64,000 bases of DNA from Octopus vulgaris (Eukaryota): the NCBI GenBank assembly GCA_951406725.2, contig OX597837.1:46686001-46750000 (forward strand). Reading direction: 5' to 3'. Position 1 is the first letter of the stretch, and each line of letters begins with the position of its first letter. The position numbers and the translations under genes were made by a program. Shown here one piece after another: positions 1 to 64,000 of this stretch. The notes beneath the pieces were generated by a model that saw only the letters and a list, made by a program, of their open reading frames with translations, did not search any database and was not told the origin of the DNA.

Positions 1-1200
1 CCCTCTAACTGTACGGGTTTTGTTCTAATTTAACAAGAATATGTTTGCAATAACAGGACCCTGCCACCCCAAACAGCCTTGGCCATTTAGCTTCATGCTT
101 GAATGTTTCGAGTACAAATGCTACCAGTTTTTACTTTTATGGAAGTAGGTGATGGTGGTAAAATTGGTCTGATTGGATCCATGCAAACTATGATGCTGTA
201 GGCTGGTAGAAGGCATTGCTTTTGGTACATTAGGGTGATTGATGGGTTGTGTGTGAGGTGCTCTGACAGACACTGGGTCACAGAGAACTTGTTGCGGTAG
301 ATTTATTTCTGCCTGGATGCTATGACAAGGAGACAGTAAACACACATGTACACTATGAGCCTGTGTGTATTTATATATATATATATATACATACATACAG
401 TGGCTCTATCTAAGAATATCTGAAGAAATATATACACACACACACAAAAGTTCCTGGAATAAGCAGTCTTTAAGGATGTTGATTGAAACACATGTTTTCA
501 GAGCTGAATTCTTCAAACTTGAAAGAATTCCTCTCTACTCGTAGTTCTGGTGCTCCTCTACTACTTCTCTTCATGATCAGAAATGTAAATATTTTGAGTC
601 ACCAAGGGACTTGCTCAACTAGTTAATGTCAAGTAACTGACAAGCAATTCTGTGGTACTGGGCAGAATATTTGCTGTGGCCCATCTTTTAGACAAAACAA
701 TTTACATAACACTTCCGATCAATGAAGATCAGAAGCCACGAAAGCCAGTGCCTGGGACTGCATTAAGGCATTTATTATTATCATTATTATTATTACCTTT
801 GCCTTAGTGAAGGCAGAGGTATTGTTTTCAGCAGTTTTTGTTTGTATGTTCATGGACAAGATATCTCAAGAACCGATGGAGGGATTCAGATGAAACTTTG
901 AGGGATGTTTGGCCTTGTGGCTGGCACGAACTGATTAGATTTTGAGATCAATTTGGTACCGGACAAGGATTCTAGACTATTTTGGGGATTTTTTTTACTT
1001 AGTTTTTGAGAGCAGTCGTGTTCATTTTTAGTATTCTCATTTGTGAGAGGAGTCAAATTTATTTCAGATATTCTCAGTTTAAAAATCATTTCTGGCTAAT
1101 CGCTGAGAAGATATTGGTGTTGCCTTGATGGAGGTGGACGTTCTCTGAGTGCTCTTATTATTATTATTATTATCATCATTATTATCATTATTATTATTAG

Positions 1201-1232
<32 letters not shown>

Positions 1233-1390
1233 GCATTATTTTATTATTATTATTATTATTTGTTGTTTGATTAAACCATTCCTAATTCTTGACTGGTATT
1301 TAATTTTATCAACCACTGGAGTTGACAAAACTGTTCTGCAATTTCAGATAAAGTCCTGATCAAAATAAGCCTATGACCAAAGAGGCATCA

Positions 1391-1461
<71 letters not shown>

Positions 1462-1603
1462 TCTCTCTCCTAACTTTATAAACCAACAAATGGTAACAGA
1501 GTTTCATTCCATTCTTCTCCCTAAAAAAAATTATGACTTTGTACCTAAAAAGAAAAAACACCCAGGATCTGTATATTTATCGAAAGTTTCTCTGTCATTT
1601 CAG

Positions 1604-60663
<59,060 letters not shown>

Positions 60664-61407
60664 CACATGCAGGCACACACACATGCACACACACATGCAC
60701 ACACAAATGCACACACATGCTCGAACACAAGGCATGCACACGTACAAATACGGGCATGCACATACACACAAATACACACCCACAGACCTCTCACAGCCCT
60801 CCCCCTCCACACAGTTATTATTATCATCATATAGTGTGATCGTCAGGGAAGGGGATGTTCTCCATCTCTGTTCTTCTCCCTTTCCCCTCTCTCTCTCTCT
60901 CTTTCCCTCCCTCCCTCATGTGTTAGCTGGGTGAAAGGTTGTGCTACGTCAGTCCTTAACAAGGGACATTGAGATGGGTCCTGCATTCACATGTTAATAC
61001 ATCTTTCTTTTTTCTTTACATTGAAGCTGAGTATATATATGTTTGAAAGTATGTATATATGTATATTTACATTTATATGTGTGTGTGTATATATATATAT
61101 ATGTACGTATGTATGAATGTATGCGGAGCTTTCAACTGGTAGCACCTGTATGTACAAATTGTTTGCAAAACATCTAAGTATATATGGGTTTTTTTTCTCT
61201 CCTTGTTTTTTTTTTCTGTGTCCCTTTCTGTAGAAGAGCGTAGGCTCGAAACGTAAAAGACTTTTCCTATGCCTGAGCGTTATACTAATACATCTGTTTG
61301 TTTTGTACACCACCTGTCTTCGTCTTTTGTTTTTTTCGTAAACTCTCCCTATATATGGATATATATTTAAATATACATACATGCATACATACATGCATAT
61401 AATAATA

Positions 61408-61686
61408 ATGTTCATCCGTTGTGGACGATGACCAGAGACATCACATGGGAGAAGAAGGTGGGACACATTACGTCTGGTTGTGGCTGATCAGGTCGATGTA
61501 AGCTCAGAAGGGGTTCTGCTGCAGGTCAGGCATTGGTGGTCAGCTGGGAATTAAGGCAAAGACTTGGCCCTGGACCTGCACCGCTCATGGCTTCTTTGTG
61601 CTCCTGCAGTCCTGCACCACTGTTTGCATAGCTGCACCAGACACAGCAGTCCGGTCGAGGGATCGCGGGTTCATATCTCAGACCGT
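61408..61686 (-). mobile_element. Second RTE-like LINE 3' end (related fragment near 20610-20660)
   Basis: Minus strand gives HQCLTCSRT, then after a frameshift AYIDLISHNQT. It shares gacatcacatgggagaagaag with the 20630 region. Confidence 0.6.
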
Positions 61687-61881
61687 ATGTATATATGTAT
61701 GGGTGGATGGATGGATGGATGCATGCATGTATGCAAAGTATGTATGTATGCGTGCATGTCATGCATGTATGGATATGTGGCTATGAACAATTGCACATGC
61801 ACACATGCTTACACACACACACACATGCATGCAGACATATACATATATACCTAATAAATGTTTACATATATGCTTGTATTG

Positions 61882-62110
61882 AAGGCGAGCTGGCAGAATC
61901 GTTAGCACGCCGGGCGAAATGCGTAGCCGTATTTCGTCTGCCGTTACGTTCTGAGTTCAAATTCCGACGAGGTTGATTTTGCCTTTCATCCTTTCGGGGT
62001 CGATAAATTAAGTACCAGTTACACACTGGGATCGATGTAATCGACATAATCCCTTTGTCTGTCCTTGTTTGTGCCCTCTGTGTTTAGCCCCTTGTGGGTA
62101 GTAAAGAAAT
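61882..62110 (+). mobile_element. tRNA-derived SINE family 1 (Deu/Nin-like central domain), representative copy
   Basis: Box A-like ggcgagctggcagaatcgttagc, box B-like gagttcaaattcc, then gcctttcatcctttcggggtcgataaa. Other copies at about 2848-3047, 14650-14870, 17340-17760, 34575-34775, 39820-40050, 40820-41035 and 41078-41290 (+), and 20200-20405, 21672-21866 and 62440-62670 (-). Confidence 0.85.
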
Positions 62111-63466
62111 ATATATGCTTGTATTGAAATATGAATATATGAGATTTGAAAGTTTATATGAAGCCAGTAAAACATCTGTCAATCAACAGAACAACCTGAA
62201 ATTAACATGAAGTTAATGTGCAAGCGACTGAGCACTCCACTGGCACATGTGCCGCCCTTAACATAGGAGATTCAGCATAACACAGAATGTGACAAGGCTG
62301 GTCCCTTTGAATTACTGGTACAACTCATTTTTGCCAACTGAATGGACTGGAGTATCATGAAATAAAGTGTCTTGCTCAAGGACACAATGCACTGCTCAGT
62401 ATTGAACTCATGACCCTAGGATCATGAGCCAAATACGTATTTCTTTACTACCCACAAGGGGCTAAACACAGAGGGGACAAACAAGGACAGACAAATGGAT
62501 TAAGTTGATTATATTGACCCCAGTGTGTAACTGGTACTTATTTAATCAACCCTGAAAGGATGAAAGGCAAAGTCGACCTCGGCGGAATTTGAACTCAGAA
62601 CGTAACGGCAGACAAAATACCACTAAGCATTTTGTCCAGTGTGCTAACATTTCTGCCAGCTCACCTCCTTATCATGAGCCAAATACCGTAACCACTAAGC
62701 CGTGTACCTTCACCTGTAAAGGTAATAATTGTTGGGTGCAAATCAAAGATGTTTTGATGTTTAAGTTTAAGGCTAAGAAATATTTATAAATTTTGGTTTT
62801 GAGAAGAAAATTAGATTTGAAAATTCATGATTAGTAGTGTTTAGTAAAGTAAAATACCAGTAAATACCATGGCTCAGTAAAATTGATTTGTATAATTGAT
62901 GGAAGATGCTCAGATTAAAAATCAGTTGATGGCCGGAGAGTTTTGTTTATGGTATGTGTATGTGTGTGCATGTATGTATGTGTAAACTTGTACATATATA
63001 TATGTATCATCATCATCATTGTTTAACATCCATTTTGCATGTTCGCATGGTTTGGACGGTTTGATAGGAGTTGGCGAGTGAAAGAACTGCTCCAAGCTCC
63101 ATTGCCTCTTTTGGCATGGTTTTTTTTTCTTACATATATACATGCATTCGTATGTATATACACACACACAACTATATGTATGGTATGAATGAAGATTATC
63201 CCCATAATGTCCTTGTGAAAGAAAGTATTAATGTCACACCATCTCATTTATCCACTTCCTCCTCTTCCTCCTCCTCCCCTTTCTCTTCCTCCTCCTCCCC
63301 TTTCTCCTCCTCCTCCTTCTGCTCCTATAAACCTGCCAATTCATTTTAAACCCGCTCTAGTTGCTACAGCAGCAACATTACCACCACTAATGTTACCATT
63401 GCCAGCCACACCCACAGCAGACTTCCATCCAAATGACCGCCCCACCCCACCCCCATCAACACCACC

Positions 63467-63516
<50 letters not shown>

Positions 63517-63754
63517 TATATACAACATCAACACTGGTCCTATGTCTTCACAGTTTTCTTATCTTCTGGTAACCTTACTTCCGTTTCACAGTTTTCCGTT
63601 GATGGCTGGGTTTTTGTTTCTTGTCATCATCGTCATCATCATCATCATCATCATCATCATCGTTTAGCGTCCGCTTTCCGATGATGATGAAGATTATCTC
63701 CATCATCATTATTTCTCTTACTGTTCTCGCTAACTGCACACACACATCTATTGA

Positions 63755-63850
63755 CGTACCTATCTACCTACCTGTCTGTCAATCTATCTATCTACCTACC
63801 TACCTGTCTATATATCTATCTACCTACCTATCTATCTATCTATCTATCTT

Positions 63851-63893
<43 letters not shown>

Positions 63894-64000
63894 ATCTATC
63901 TATCTGTCTGCCTGTCTATCTATCTATCTAGCTATCTACCTACCTGTCTGTCTGTCTATCTATCTATCTGTCTGTCTGTCTGTCTGTCAGTTTGTCTGTC
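63755..64000. repeat. (TATC)n/(TACC)n/(TGTC)n microsatellite; similar tract at about 17880-18180
   Basis: Directly visible. Confidence 0.95.

Noticed and set aside
61882-61970. tRNA-like box A/box B sequence as a tRNA gene
   Set aside because: It is the head of a high-copy SINE; I see no proper cloverleaf, and it continues into the SINE body.
63231-63684. Poly-Pro and poly-His ORFs
   Set aside because: (CCT)n, (CCA)n and (CAT)n simple repeats and SINE tails.

Overview
Eukaryotic, AT-rich, microsatellite- and SINE-dense genomic DNA. The SINE families and repeat style suggest an octopus or other coleoid cephalopod (inference). The window holds the 3' part of one plus-strand gene, an ERC/ELKS/CAST (Bruchpilot-related) active-zone coiled-coil protein; its 5' exons lie upstream of the window. 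I assembled 13 consecutive GT-AG exons (1604-28562) with matching phases. Two further exons (51350-51523, 60505-60663) encode a C-terminus like the Rab6-binding/FIP-RBD tail of vertebrate ERC1a. Exon 13 has an internal donor after ...ATDEQ and can alternatively read through to its own stop at 28670, so short and long C-termini are predicted, as in vertebrates. The 22.8-kb intron after exon 13 contains candidate truncating cassette exons, and intron 7 has a candidate 24-nt microexon. Introns carry three SINE families, piggyBac-, hAT- and Helitron-type non-autonomous elements, and decayed Tc1/mariner, hAT, R4/Dong-like and RTE-like fragments. There are also three long fold-back hairpins and several hammerhead-ribozyme-like motifs of the Penelope/retrozyme type. 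Most ORF-track entries are microsatellite or repeat artefacts. All homology calls are from remembered family motifs, not database searches, and repeat boundaries are approximate.
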